Of a stretch of DNA of 64,000 nt, positions 13,838 through 27,592 are shown in pieces (within the stretch, counting starts at the first letter, position 1; each line of letters starts with the position of its first letter). Both the position numbers and the translations under genes were made by a program. The DNA is from Octopus sinensis (Eukaryota): contig NC_043012.1 of assembly GCF_006345805.1 (NCBI RefSeq), forward strand, positions 4,774,001 to 4,838,000. Reading direction: 5' to 3'. The notes under the pieces are model-generated. The model searched no databases. It was not told the DNA's origin and worked only from the letters and a program-made list of their open reading frames with translations.

Positions 13838-15604
13838 CAGATTTCCAGGTAAATAGCATGGTTATTTCACACAATGCTTACATTTCTATTCTTACACGTA
13901 TATCGAGAAAATATTGGGAGCCACAATGTTGTCTCGGTGTTTTAGAAAGAATGCAGTGAGGGAGCACAAGCACAAATGCAAGCGCAAGCGCACAAAAAGA
14001 AGATGACGATGAGTAAAGTTTCGTCCATTAAATTCATTCACAAGGCATTGGTCGATCCGGGGCTTTAGCTGAAAACTCTTATATATGCTATGCACTGGGA
14101 CTAAGTCCTAAAACCTCGCGGTTGCAAAGTGAGATTCTTAGCCGAACAGCCATAAATGCAACTTATATATCAGAAAATTGTCAAAATTTCTTGTATTTCA
14201 TGTTCGTATATTAATATAATTAATATACGCACATGAAATATAGCCGTTTGGTATTTTATCAACACAACTAACAAGCCCACCAGTCTGTCAGATAACCGAA
14301 GCATTTGGTTGTAGACTAATGCTATCGCTTCTTAGTTTTGTTCCTAAACGGTTTTAGTATTGATCTATTCGAAGTATCATCGTTGTTTTCTTTCAGAAAC
14401 TGATATTTTCTACAGAGACTCATTTCCTGACTGGAGTGTCTAGCATTTCCGATTTACCATTATTCATTCATATTTTGATAGAAATCTTTCTGTTTGGAAT
14501 CGGCCAGCTTACGTCATTAGAAGCGTTGAAGGTTTTCCATATCTTCTAATCATATATAATTCACGTTTGCTCCTCTTCTTTTGGCTTTTATTCTGACCCT
14601 GTCATTCTTTTTTATGTATATAGACCTTGAAGTTGTATTTGTTCGGTGGTTTGATCTGGCATTGCGTTGAAACTGAAACAATAACATTGTGGGAGAAGTA
14701 TGATAAGCACTAAAAAATATATATGTAAATCCGAGTCAACGAGGGATTAGCTGAAGGTCAGTAGACCGATTAGAAATAGCAGCCAAATCAGATCACATTC
14801 TATAATGGACGTAGTAGAAGTATCAAGGATTCATTGCACTTTTCAATTCGCTATTACATGAAGAACGTAAGACTTAGCACGTCGAGATTTCATAAATTGC
14901 CGTAAATTTTGGTGTTGTTCTTTTTAATGAATTTCGTTATGTAGAATAAATGAAATTTGCACATCTACATAGAGAGATTGTAAAAATACCTCTCAGTTAC
15001 CGTGTTAAATAGTAATTCTAAACAGCTTGTACATGAAAGAGTCACGTATGTCTTTGATCATCAGATCAATTCTAAGCTGAGGTTAAACAAATGCAAGAAA
15101 AGTAAAATACACCTACATTCGTTTTAGCTTGTAATAGTATTAAATGCTGTTAAGTATGAAAATCATTTCGTCCAGCATCTACGACGCAGAATTACGAACT
15201 CTGTTTCGAGTCATCTATTTACGTTAACATTAGAAATAGAAGGAAACCGTTGGTGGCTTATGAACTACTGCATAAAATTTCATAGATAAAACTATATTAT
15301 GATGAGTTAATTTACTGTCTCGATGGAAAAATTGAAAAATCTGACGTTTCAGGCGGTTGTCTTTTGTCAGAAATAGAGAAAGAAAAAAGAGAAAGAGAGA
15401 AAAAGAGAGAGGGAGAGAGAAAGTGTGAGAGAGAGGGGGAGGGGTAGACGAGAGATAGTAGTAAGAGAGATAAAAAGAGAGTGTTAGAGAGCTTGCAAAC
15501 TTTTATGGATGCCACCAAGCTGTTTAAGAACAGTATTGAAAGAGCTTGCTTAAGAACGAAGAGTCACAAGAAAGCAGTTAATGGTTTTAAAATCTACCCT
15601 CCTT

Positions 15605-15679
<75 letters not shown>

Positions 15680-17826
15680 GATACTTTACGGTAATTTTTG
15701 TCTGTCAATACGTTCCGAGTTCAAATTGCACCGAGGTGGATTTTTGCTTTTCATCCTTTGGTGGTCAATAAAAGTGAAGCACTGGGGCCGATGTAATCGA
15801 CTATCTCCACCCCACCACCTCAAAACAAAGCAAAAAAAATCAGTCATTCTTCCCGTAGGAGAAAGATTATTATATCTGTATGGCTGACCTTGATCTTTTA
15901 TCAATCCAAACAAGCATATCCCAAACAATTTGTATCCAAGTCAAGGTTATTTAGAGTTGTTTGGTACTGTTGTCATGCTTATACGCTTATTCCGCGTTTT
16001 ATCCGCGTGCACGTCGAAGACTCTGTACTCAGAAGACACAGCTACCCAACCGATCGCGCATGTGAACAAGCATTGGCTTGGCTAAAACCGAGCACGAAGA
16101 GCTGATCTTCTCAGTCGTCCTGCTTCATTGATTTTATATAGTCATCTCTTGACGTTTGCCTCTTTTATCATTATTTTACTTTATAATTATTTATGGTTCT
16201 GCATTGATCCTGTACACTTATAATAACCAAACAGTTTATTTATGATTTTTGTCTAGAGCTTTCAAGCCATTATTTCCTTGACTATGACTTACTTCCTCTC
16301 TGTCGAATATACGGAATTCTGGCCAAAGAATGGTTTTATTTCCATCTTCTTTTATACTATTATAATGCAATGAACTGATAAAACAGTAAAATATCGTTCT
16401 AAATGTTTTACTTCGCCTAATTTCCCTCATTTCCGTTTTGCGTCTATGACGTGCCAGAACCGGTCTACTTTCATCCTACCCGGGTAGACACAAAATAAGT
16501 ACCAGTAATAGTCTTAATAGACTTAGATCGATTTAATTGTTAATACCACTTACCCTAGAAATGTCTGAATGTTTGCCAATTTTAGAAATCAATATTATTA
16601 TCTGAATATAGTTTTGTAATTTATTTCCAGAATATACTTTCTTAATCTAAAACAGATAATTGGGAGGAAATATTTCAGTAGAGTAAATATCACGATTTGT
16701 ACATAGATTATGGTTTATAATATTGAAACAAGGCCAGCAATTTTGCTTGATTTAGAATTAACTAAATATATCCCCATACTTGACCGCAGGTTTGTTATAC
16801 GATACTGCCCTACCGTATGAGCCACACATTGTTTTCAGTAATGATAATGGGTCCTAATTTCTGTACTAAGCTACAAATTTTGGGAATGAGAACAGTAGAT
16901 TAAATAAATTGACCTTAGTATGTTACTAGTAATTTCTTTCATTGATCCTCTTAGGCCAGTAAAGTGAATGCTGGAGAACTTTGAACTTAGAGCACAAAGG
17001 GGTATGAATAAATGCTGTCAGAGATTTATTTAACTTTCTAATAATACTGCCGCTCCTGAAGGCCAAAATCTTTGGGCAAGAGTATAGCTTTAGATCAGTT
17101 TTGGTACTTGACTGGTATTTTATTGTATCGATCGTGAAAATTGAAATAGCAAAGGTGACATAGGAAAATTTGAACCTAGAAAAAAAAGATATGTAAGAAA
17201 ATACTGCAAAGGTTTTTGTCCAAAGAAGAAAATATTAACTATTCAATAAATTATCGGTTTTCCTCATATTGCAAAGTTCAAAACATTCAGCAGTTTGATG
17301 CTACACAATCTAAAAATAAAAATAAACAGTAAGTGAATCACAATTATGAAATCTGTACCATGTATTTGCTTTGCGCAACAAAATAAAAATGTTCAGTTTT
17401 TTTGCAGCCTGCGAAGTTGTTTTACGTGTGTCCACTTACATAATCACTCTCAAATGATCACTGAACAAATATGACGCCGTCTGTCATCGCCGTCGTCTGC
17501 CATCGACATCGTCTGCCATCTTCATGACACTCGTTTCCATTAAGAAATTTTCAGATACAATGTTATGCTACACGTTCGTTGGCGATCTCTTAACCAGAAG
17601 CATGATGAGTATTCTTAGAAGTCTCTGCTGCTTTGCTTTTAATTTTAAACTCGTGCAACGAAATCACTCAAATTTGCCATACTTCTATCTGTAGTGAGAC
17701 AGCCTAAAATACACAAAAATAAGTAATGAAAGCAAAACATTTGGTATAACAATAAATAGAAATCTGTACTGGGCTTCGTATATTTTACTTCAGTCTCACT
17801 TTGATGGCATGCGCAGCACTCTCACT

Positions 17827-17913
17827 TAATAATAATAATAATAATGATGATGATAATAATAATAATAATAATATAATAATAATAATAGTAGCAATAATAA
17901 TAATTTTTATTAA

Positions 17914-17949
<36 letters not shown>

Positions 17950-18018
17950 TATTATTATTATTAATATTATTATTATTATTACTATTATTATTATTATTTT
18001 TATTATTATTACTATTAC

Positions 18019-18054
<36 letters not shown>

Positions 18055-18265
18055 TATTATTACTATTATTATTATTATTTTTATTATTATTACTATTACT
18101 ATTATTATTATTATTATACTATTATTATTATTATTTTTATTATTACTATTATTATTATTATTATACTATTATTATTATTATTTACTATTATTATACTATT
18201 ACTATTATTATTATTATTTTTATTATTATTACTATTACTATTATTATTATTATTATTACTATTAC

Positions 18266-18310
<45 letters not shown>

Positions 18311-18322
18311 CATTATTATCAT
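17827..18322. repeat. Compound (AAT)n/(ATT)n trinucleotide microsatellite
   Basis: Direct reading; the orientation switches near 17905. Confidence 0.95.
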
Positions 18323-18887
18323 TCGGGCTGTAAAGTTTCCATAGGTCGGTATATAAATATATTTACGTGTGGATGATCTGCCATCCCTAAGCCATATACT
18401 GTCAGTATTCCTGTTACTTGACAGAATTAACTCAAAGCCTAAAGAGCGCAATGAAGCTATGAAATATTTTATTTAAAAAAATGGCTGACACTTGATACGG
18501 AATTGAACCCGGGCTCCGACCTTTCACATCCGTTATGCTTCCATGTGTTCTTACATCAAAAGAAAAATTCTCTCCAGATGGAGTCCGTGCCATCTTTCAT
18601 CTGTTTCATCAGTCTCTCTTGCTTTCTTCTCTTGTTTCTTAATTTCTTTTTCATCCCCTTTCATTCTCCTATCTTATTTCTTTCGTTATTCATCCTTCCC
18701 GACTTATACTTCTTATATTTTTGCTTCAGTTATCCTCCTCCTCCCCTCCACTTCCTCCTCCTCTTCCTCCTCTTCCCCTCCTCCTCCTGTTGTTGTTCTT
18801 TTTCTTCTTCTTTCCCTTCCCCTTCTTCTTCTTCTTCTTCTTCTTCTTCTCTTCTTCTTCTTCTTCTAATTCCTCCCATCATCTTCA

Positions 18888-18932
<45 letters not shown>

Positions 18933-18941
18933 TATTATTAC

Positions 18942-18995
<54 letters not shown>

Positions 18996-19004
18996 TATTA
19001 TTAC

Positions 19005-19052
<48 letters not shown>

Positions 19053-19649
19053 CATCATCATTAGTAATAGTAGTAGTTGTTTGTTTTGTTGTAAGGTGGT
19101 ACACTAAGGTGGTGCAAACTGGTATTTCGCCTGGCTTTACGATCAGGGTTCAAATTCTGTCGAGGTCAACTTTGTCTTTCACCCTTTCGGGTGCGCTTAA
19201 ATAATCACCGGTTGATTACTGGGGTCGACGTAATTGACTTCCCCACTTCCCCAAAATTACTAGAAAATTACCAAAATTTGTAACCATTATTAGTGTTACT
19301 ATCATGCTGGCATGTCGGACAAAGTGTATAACGGATCACTACGCGTTAGGTTGTTGTGTTTATGGTATTTAATTGCCATATTTAGCAGGTCAGCCCCCGC
19401 TGTTCATTTTGTGTAAGGCTGAGGTAGAGTATCGTGGTTTACTAAGAACGGGGCCTTAACAGAAGTTAAAATCGGAAGGGTGCCGTTGTGATATACATCG
19501 GATTTGGGACATTTAAAACCTGGGTGAGTACACCCTGTGTATCACTGAACATAACCGATGTTTTCCAGGGAAATGTAAAGAGTGAGAAAAAGATATAGTG
19601 GTAATGTAAAGTTGACCTCGGCGAGATTTGAACTTAGAGAATAGGAACA

Positions 19650-20855
19650 TAAGGGGTTGGACAAAATAATGGAAACACCTAGCTTCATAGCATCATAATT
19701 TTGAGATATCGATAAAACCATCAAAAGCTTGGTTATTTTTATGTTTTTTGATTTATTATTAGTGTTACTTAATATGGTTTGCTAAAATTGTTATTTCTTT
19801 ACAGATATCATCAGAAAAAGGTTATTAAAATTCATTAAAATGACAGATTCATTGGACTTTCAAAGAAGTCAAATTGTTGGTGCTTGTATGGCGGGCGCTA
19901 GCGTAACGAAAACAGCCGAAATGTTTGGTGTATCAAGAAGAACTGTCTTGAAAGTGAGCCTTTGAGAGAGAGGGAAAAACCTTCTCATTGAAACAAAACT
20001 CCGGAAGAAAACCAAAACTTTCAGAAAGGGACCGTCGGACTCTTACGCGAATTGTTAGAAAGGATCACAAAAATACAGCTCCCAAAATTAGTACAGAGCT
20101 TAGTGACTACCTCGAGAACCCAGTTTCCACAGAGACTGTTCGCCGGGAGCTTCACAAAACCGGATTTCATGGGAGGGCTGCAATCAGAAAAGCACTACTT
20201 TCAAAAACAAACGTTGCAAAGCGTTTAGAGTAGCGTAAAAACCTACGGAATTGGTCCCTAGAGCAATGGAAGAATGTTATTTTCTTGGACGAGTCATCTT
20301 TTATCTTATTTCTGACCACCTGCCGAGACAGCCAAACGAAGCATTTGACCTAGATTGCCTTCTTCCAACTGTTAAACATGGAGGAAGATCTGTGATGATC
20401 TTGGGCGGGAGGGCTACAACTTTGGAAATCCGCTGCCCCAATGGTTTCCCTTCATGGCAGAGTTAATCGTCAATACTATTTAAGCAATTTATTTGATCAA
20501 ATTTATCGTATGGTTGCGGAACTGTTTCCAGAGGGAAACGCAATCTTTCAGAATGATAATGAACCAATGCACACCGCTAAAGTTGTTATTGAATGTCACG
20601 AGGAACATTCTAGCGAAGTTGAACATCTTATCTGGCCACCACAGTTGATATCCTCCACCATCATCATTACAAGAACTGGAGACTGTTTTAGCTGAAGAAT
20701 GGACAAAAATTCCTTTGGAAATAATCTAAACTTTGTACGAGCCCATACCTCGTAGAATTCAAGGTGTAATTTCCGCCAAAGGCTGTCCTACCCAATATTA
20801 AAATGAATTTGTTTGAGATTTTAAGGTGTTTCCATTATTTTGTCCAACCCCTGTA
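19650..20855 (+). mobile_element. Tc1-family DNA transposon, near full length, decayed
   Basis: TIRs AGGGGTTGGACAAAATAATGGAAACACCT (19652-19680) and AGGTGTTTCCATTATTTTGTCCAACCCCTG (20824-20853), each flanked by TA (19650-19651, 20854-20855). Confidence 0.95.
19840..20801 (+). pseudogene. Tc1 transposase pseudogene
   Basis: MTDSLDFQRSQIVGA...SGRKPKLSERDRR...TVRRELH...DESSF...PTVKHGGRSVMI...IFQNDNEPMHTA...WPPQ...IPRRIQGVISAKGCPTQY*. Several frameshifts and stops, and the SPDLNxIE segment carrying the third catalytic residue is deleted. Confidence 0.92.
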
Positions 20856-22260
20856 TGCTGCAAAACATTCGTACCATGTAATGCTCGAACTACAGACGAG
20901 CTGACTTTCTTTTACTGTATTAGTGTACACACAGATACACACACACTCGCACACACATACACACACACGCACACACGCACGCACACACACACAAACACGC
21001 ATATACACATGCGCAAGCGCACAGAAATACGCATGCACACAGACTCAACGCATGCGCACAAGTGCAGGCAGTTGTGCGCACGTGTGTTGGTGTGTGTACG
21101 TCTACAATTAGTATTCATCAGACCACAAATCCTAATTTAATTCATGCAAATCACCTAATAAACTAATTTGTTTTAATGATCAACCCCTTGGCGAACGTGG
21201 GTCAGAGAGCATCAGCACATTTTGGTAGGGTGTGAGGGTTCAGGAGAAGAGCGGCCATTGTTGTCGTTGTCGTCGTTGTTGTTGTTGTCGTTGTTGTTGT
21301 TGTAGTTGTAAAGACGACGCGATTGCGAAATCGTTACGGCGCTCGATAAAATGCTTAACGGCATTTCGTCCCCACTTTAGGTTCTGAGTTCAAATTCGGT
21401 CGAGGTCGACTTTGCTCTTCATTCTTCCGGGGTCGCTAAAATAAACGTTAGGGGTCGATGTAATTGACTAACCTCATCCACAACAAATTTCCGGCCTCGT
21501 GCATATAGTAGAAAAAAATTGTGATTAACCCTGAGTCAGCCATAACCAATAACACATAAAATCAATGGCACTCTAGCCGTGACTAACACCCCATTTTCAT
21601 ATGATACCGAAGCACATTGTTCAATGTGTGTCCTTTTTCGAAGGCGACAGAGGTGTAATTTGAAATATATTTGACTATTATTTCTAACAGGTTGAGCAAT
21701 AATGGAGAACAGTCCTGAACAAACTGCGGTCCACGGGACTTTCTGAATAGCAGGCAGACGAAAAGTTATGTAGAAATCTTTATAGTGTGACCCATCTAAT
21801 GAGGGCTCATGTCCCATGCGGGCCGCTTCTAATTAAAGGTTGTTCATGACTGATATAGAAGCCCATTCGTTGCTACGATGGAAGCTGTCGGTTGTTGGTG
21901 GTGGTAGTCGTTGTCATGCGTGTAATGATGATGATGATGATGATGATGATGACGACGACGATCACGGCGGGGTGGGGGGCTCCTCTTCTTTCACTTTACT
22001 TTTAAACTCGATATTAAGTCTGATAAGATTTTTTGCTAGGAACATGATTTGCATTAAACCTGTAGAGACAGAGCACGAGCATATATGCACACACACACAG
22101 ATATATATATGTATTTATAAGTATGTGTGTATATATATATATATAAATATATTTACATATATATATATATTTATTTATCTATATTATATGTATATTTATA
22201 TATATATATACATAAATATATACATACATGCATACATATATATATGCATATATATAATAT

Positions 22261-22313
<53 letters not shown>

Positions 22314-22454
22314 ATCCTATATAGATAAATATATTTGAACATATGTATACTTATGATCAAAATACAAGTGTGGCGCTTGCGTGTGTATATAAATGTATAT
22401 ACAGTTATATATATATATACATACATACATATACGCACACACATACACATACTT

Positions 22455-22815
22455 ATGTATGAATATATGTATGTATGTATGTGTGTATTTATGTATGTAT
22501 GTATGTATGTATGTATGTATGTATGTGTGTATTTATGTATGTATGTATGTATGTATGTATGTATGTATGTATGTATGTATGTATGTATGTATGTATGTAT
22601 GTATGTATGTATGTATGTATGTATGTATGTATGTATGTATGTATGTATGTATGTATGTATGTACGTATGTATGTATGTATGTATGTATGTATGTATGTAT
22701 GTATGTATGTACGTATGTATGTATGTATGTATGTATGTATGTATGTATGAATGTGTGTACGTATGTATGTATGTATGTATGTATGTATGTATGTATGTAT
22801 GTATGTATGTATGCG
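22455..22815. repeat. (TATG)n microsatellite
   Basis: Direct reading. Similar tracts at 10280-10400, 42730-42790, 52970-53265 and 58160-58365. Confidence 0.95.
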
Positions 22816-22934
22816 TAAGTCCAATACACATGTCTGCCAAATTGAATGCTTGAAGTATGCAATAATGAAATATTTCTTAATTTTTTATTAATCTATTAAT
22901 CTGCTTAGTTGCGTATGTATTCGTGTGTGTTTGT

Positions 22935-22965
<31 letters not shown>

Positions 22966-23087
22966 CGTATTTGTGTGTCTATGTGAATATGCTTGTTTGT
23001 ATATAGGCGTTTATCTGTGTCTATGTGTTCCTGGTTGGTACCACAAATATGTCTTTTGCCTTCAGAGCGTATTTCTATGTATCGTGC

Positions 23088-23121
<34 letters not shown>

Positions 23122-24620
23122 AATGTTCACGTGTGTGTGTTCATGTCTGTGCGTGCGTGTACGCGCACGTGCGTGTGTATTTGGACGTCGTCATTTTTGA
23201 AATTGGGTCTTTAAATGTAAGAGTGCGAGCCTGTGTGTGTGTGTATGTGTTAATAACATTCAGTGTGACCGTTCGTTGGTGTGTGTGTGTGTATTTATGC
23301 TTGTGTGTGTGTGTGTGTGTGCGTGTGTATTCATGTCCCTCTATATGTTATTGCGTGTGTGAGTAGCTACATATATCATTTTATGTATGCGTGTATTTCC
23401 TATTAAGTATGCGTTTAAGAGTTTATTATCATTTACGAGTGCGCCTGTCTCTCAACCTGTGTGGTTTTATGAGTTCTATGTTCATTAGTATACATAAAAC
23501 CATACGTTCATACAGACATATACATACGTACGTACACACACATACACATACATACATACATACATACATACATACATACATACATACATACATACATACA
23601 TACACACATATAAATAAATAAATATATACATACACACACAGACACACACAGACACATATATATACATATGTATATATATGCATACACACACACACACACA
23701 CACACATAAATATATATATATACTTATATGCATGTGTGTGTGTGTACATAACTGTGTATATATATATGAATGTATCATCTTTGATGCGTTTCTGTCCGTG
23801 TATAATAGGGAAATGTATGTGTATATGTGTGAGATTATGTATAGGAGTGTGTATATATCAGCGTGTGTGTCTGATTAACTGTGTGTAGGTTTGGGGGTTT
23901 GATTTTCTGGTTTTGCTTGTATATTGGTATTTTCTCTTCGTGTCCACACGTAAGTATTCTGTGTGCCTAGTGGTGCGTGTGTGTGTGTATGTTTTATATT
24001 ATATATATATATATATATATTATATACGTATATATATATATATATCTATATATATATATAAACACATATGTATATATATACACATATATACATACATACA
24101 TAGATATATATATGAAGACATATATATATATATATATTATAGTATATATATATATATATATATATATCATACATACATACATACATACATACATACATGC
24201 ATACATATATATATGCATATATATATATAAAACCATATATTTTTGCGTGTATATATATATATACATGTATATATATGTTTGTGTATGTATGTTCCTATAT
24301 CCATATATGTATGTATATATATTTATATACATATACATATATATATATACGTATATATATTGACACACACACACACATACACACACATACACACATACAC
24401 ACTCACACACGCTTATTTTATACACCCATAAATGTACGTATAAGCTTTCGACCGCCGGTTATATGTACAGAAGTGTGTGCGCATGTGTGTTGGTGCACGT
24501 ATGTGATTGTGTGTGATCATGTGATGATTGTACGTATAATTGTGGTAAAACTGTGTGTGTTGTATCGTAATTTATCTTAGACCTGAGAGAACGTACAATA
24601 AAAAAGAAATAAATGTGCGA

Positions 24621-24678
<58 letters not shown>

Positions 24679-24943
24679 TAATGACTATATATGATGATAG
24701 TAATAGTTGCTGTTGAAATAACCAACAACAAGAACACGAGCAATAGTATTAGCGCATGTAACCACCAGGCTTTGCAATCAATATAAATTGGTTCTAGATT
24801 TTTGTGGCGTATAAATCAGATGTGTTTAACTGCTAACTGTTTTATCATTTTCTTTTTTCTTCTAGCGTAGATAATTAGTTTTTGATAACAACATCACCAA
24901 TAATGATGATGATGATGATGGTGAAGATGATGATGATGATGAA

Positions 24944-24976
<33 letters not shown>

Positions 24977-26020
24977 AACAAGAACCGTAATGTAGCCAAC
25001 AAGTATGAAAACAAAATTAAAGAGAGATAGAGATGGATAGAAAGATAGATAATAGAGAGAGAGAGAGAGAGAAAGAGAGGGAGAGAGAGAAAGAGAGAAG
25101 GGGAGAGAAAGCGGAAGGGGATTAGAGAGACTGGGGGTGGGGTGGGGGGGGGAGATATAAATCAAATCAGTGCAAGCGAAGGGAACCACTTTGCTACTAA
25201 TTATGAGTTAATTATTGCCAAATTTGAAGTCAGTGGTGTGGCAGAAACAGTTGGATATCAGACTAATTATCGCATGGCTTTAAGCTTTGTCTTCTGTGGT
25301 TCAAATCCTAGAAGAGTCATCTTTCTGCCTTTGGCAGTTCATTGGCCTTTACTTATTTCAGTCATTTGACTGCGGCCAAGCTGCAGTACCGCCTTTAATC
25401 GAACAAATCGACCCCGACCCCAAGACTAACTCTTTGTAAGCCTAATACTTATTCTATCGGTCTATTTTGCCGAACCGCTAAGTTACGGGGACGTAAACAC
25501 ACGAACATTGGTTGTGAAGTGATGGGGGGGGGGACAAACGCAGACACACAAAAATTTACATATATATACGACGGGCTTCTTTTAGTTTTCGTCTACCAAA
25601 TCCACTCACAAGCCTTTGGTTGGCTCGAGGCTATAGTAGAAGACACTTGACCAAGGTGCCACGTAATGAGACTGTACCTGGAACCATATAGTTTGGGAGC
25701 AAGCTTCTTAGCACACAGCCACGTTTCAGTCACCTCAGTCCTTCTCCAAAGTGACCATAACTTCGTATCAATTCTGAAACGGTTTTTGCACACTTGCATT
25801 ACTAATGTCCCTTTGAAACCACCAAAAATCTCATCGACCATCAGAGCATAAATGCGGTGTTGCAAACCACCCTGCTTTACAGTAAGCGCAAAGAGATAAT
25901 TATCTTGCACATTGATCAAGTTTACTTTATTATATTTCGATGTGGCAACTGTGAGAATGTATAAACACTTAGAAGTAGACTCCCGACAAATGAGGACGGG
26001 TGCCTTACATACAGACTGTC

Positions 26021-26420
26021 AGGCGGCGAGCTGGCAGAAACGTTAGCACGCCGGGCGAAATGCTTAGCGGTATTTCGTCTGCCGTTACGTTCTGAGTTCA
26101 AATTCCGCCGAGGTCGACTTTGCCTTTCATCCTTTCGGGGGTCGAGAAATTAAGTACCAGTTACGCACTGGGGTCGATGTAATCGACTTAATCTGTTTGT
26201 CTGTCCTTGTTTGTCCCCTTTATGTTTAGCCCCTTGTGGGTAATAAAGAATTAGGGATTTCGTCTGTCTTTACGTTATGCATTCACATTCCGCCGAGGTC
26301 GACTTTGCCTTTCATCCTTTCGGGGTCGATAAATTAAGTACCAGTTACGTACTGGTGTCGATCTAAACGACTGGTCCCCTCCCCCCAAATTTTGGGCTTT
26401 GTACCTAGAATATAAAAGAA
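26021..26420 (+). mobile_element. SINE family A dimer with TSD
   Basis: Head plus two units. TSD TACATACAGACTGTC (26006-26020) / TATATACAGACCGTC (26421-26435). Confidence 0.88.
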
Positions 26421-26576
26421 TATATACAGACCGTCGTCATGCTGTAATTCACATGATGAAGCATTGCATGTCAGTATTTGTAGTATGTTCCTTACATAGG
26501 TGGAAGCATGATGCGTCTGAAACACCAGATCGTTTGACCGAGTAGTAGCATTCTCTACGTCTATTCGATAAAGTCT

Positions 26577-26756
26577 TCAGATGACTAAATTCTTAGCAGA
26601 GGGAAGATGATATTACTAAAAACAGAAACGTCACTTCCGGCGGCCGGCATCCGGGGACGCCTGGTAATACTAGCAGGCGTCCAGCAATTATTAGATCGGC
26701 CGCCATGATAATATATATATATACAGGTCAGATTAACCTAGTTTCAGTAGCAGTCA
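26577..26756 (+). repeat. Left direct repeat of the viral element (intergenic/origin region)
   Basis: TCAGATGAC...GTTTCAGTAGCAGTCA aligns to 28729-28894 with about ten substitutions and a few indels, by eye. Contains ACGTCACTTCCGG (CRE/ETS-like) and a TATATA run upstream of the cap ATG. Confidence 0.93.
26655..26682 (-). promoter_or_regulatory. Rolling-circle origin stem-loop with canonical nonamer TAGTATTAC (left copy)
   Basis: Perfect 9-bp stem GGACGCCTG (26655-26663) / CAGGCGTCC (26674-26682). Loop GTAATACTAG reads CTAGTATTAC on the minus strand. Confidence 0.95.
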
Positions 26757-27543
26757 TGCCGATAAGATCAGCGTGGGCGTATGGTACAAGACGACGACCT
26801 CATAGAAGGAGGAGAAGACAATGGAAACTAACACCATTCTCAACTATGAGATACATTAAAGCCAAAATATTATTAAAAAAAAAAGGCGCTTCCTTTGGAG
26901 AAAGAAACCGGGAGAACACAGGACTCCAAATTACCTATACAAAACCTATTGGATGGAGGAACCTGTGAAAATTATTAAAGGCGAAACACAATTCTCGCTA
27001 ACATGCAACTGGCAGAAAATGATAAAACTAGTTAAACCAACCGAAGGAGACATACTTAAACATACGTAGGTCTGCTTCGAAGTTATTAGATTCGGATCTA
27101 CATTCGAATTACCTACAATAATCAAACACGGTGAAATGATACCCCGAATATACTGGGCCTACGACAGGGACCTACAAGGAAGACATATCGAATACAAAGA
27201 GATGATTAAAATGAATAACTGCAGGATGAGACATTTAAAAACGGGAAGAAGAGCGGCAATAAGTTACGGACCAAAATGGTCGTGGCAAACAGATGATGCA
27301 AGCTACCATGAATTCGATAAGAACCCGTATCCGAAGTTATTTCTGACAAGAAGTCAAACAGACGACATAGCACAGGCACCGTGGGGTTCTGTGAAGGATA
27401 AGGCTTGGCCAAAGAACAGCTACAACGGAGTAGCGTGCACACTACAGGCCGAACTGGAAGAGATCATACCGGTTAATACTTGGATAACAATAAAACTAAC
27501 AGGAAGAAGAAACGGTGAACAATACCTGGCTGAGGCAGAATAA
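26756..27543 (+). pseudogene. cap: Putative CRESS-virus capsid protein (~262 aa reconstructed), one frameshift and one nonsense codon
   Basis: ATG at 26756 reads MPIRSAWAYGTRRRPHRRRRRQW (basic N-terminal arm). Frame changes at the A10 run 26875-26884 into KRRFLWRKKPGEH..., has an in-frame TAG at 27067-27069, then continues into ORF 27136-27543. Position, orientation and size fit a circovirus-like capsid. Fold homology was not verified. Confidence 0.8.
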
Positions 27544-27580
27544 TAAACAAACACTGTACTTCAGTTCAATAAATTTTATT
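27542..27580. terminator. Bidirectional polyadenylation signals between convergent cap and rep
   Basis: AATAAA on + at 27542-27547 and 27568-27573. TTTATT (AATAAA on -) at 27575-27580. All lie at or within the ~50-bp gap between the two stop codons. Confidence 0.7.
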
Positions 27581-27592
27581 TTCTTCTCAATT

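Noticed and set aside
19389-19522. Candidate exon (TTTAGCAG acceptor ... GTGAGT donor)
   Set aside because: Stop codons in all three + frames; a UTR exon cannot be supported from sequence alone.
26608-26616. TGATATTAC, a geminivirus-like nonamer on the + strand
   Set aside because: No flanking stem and not conserved in the second repeat.
26705-26755. ORF-track start at 26705 for the capsid
   Set aside because: This ATG is ACG in the other repeat copy (CpG decay) and lies upstream of the TATA run. ATG 26756 at the repeat edge is the better start.
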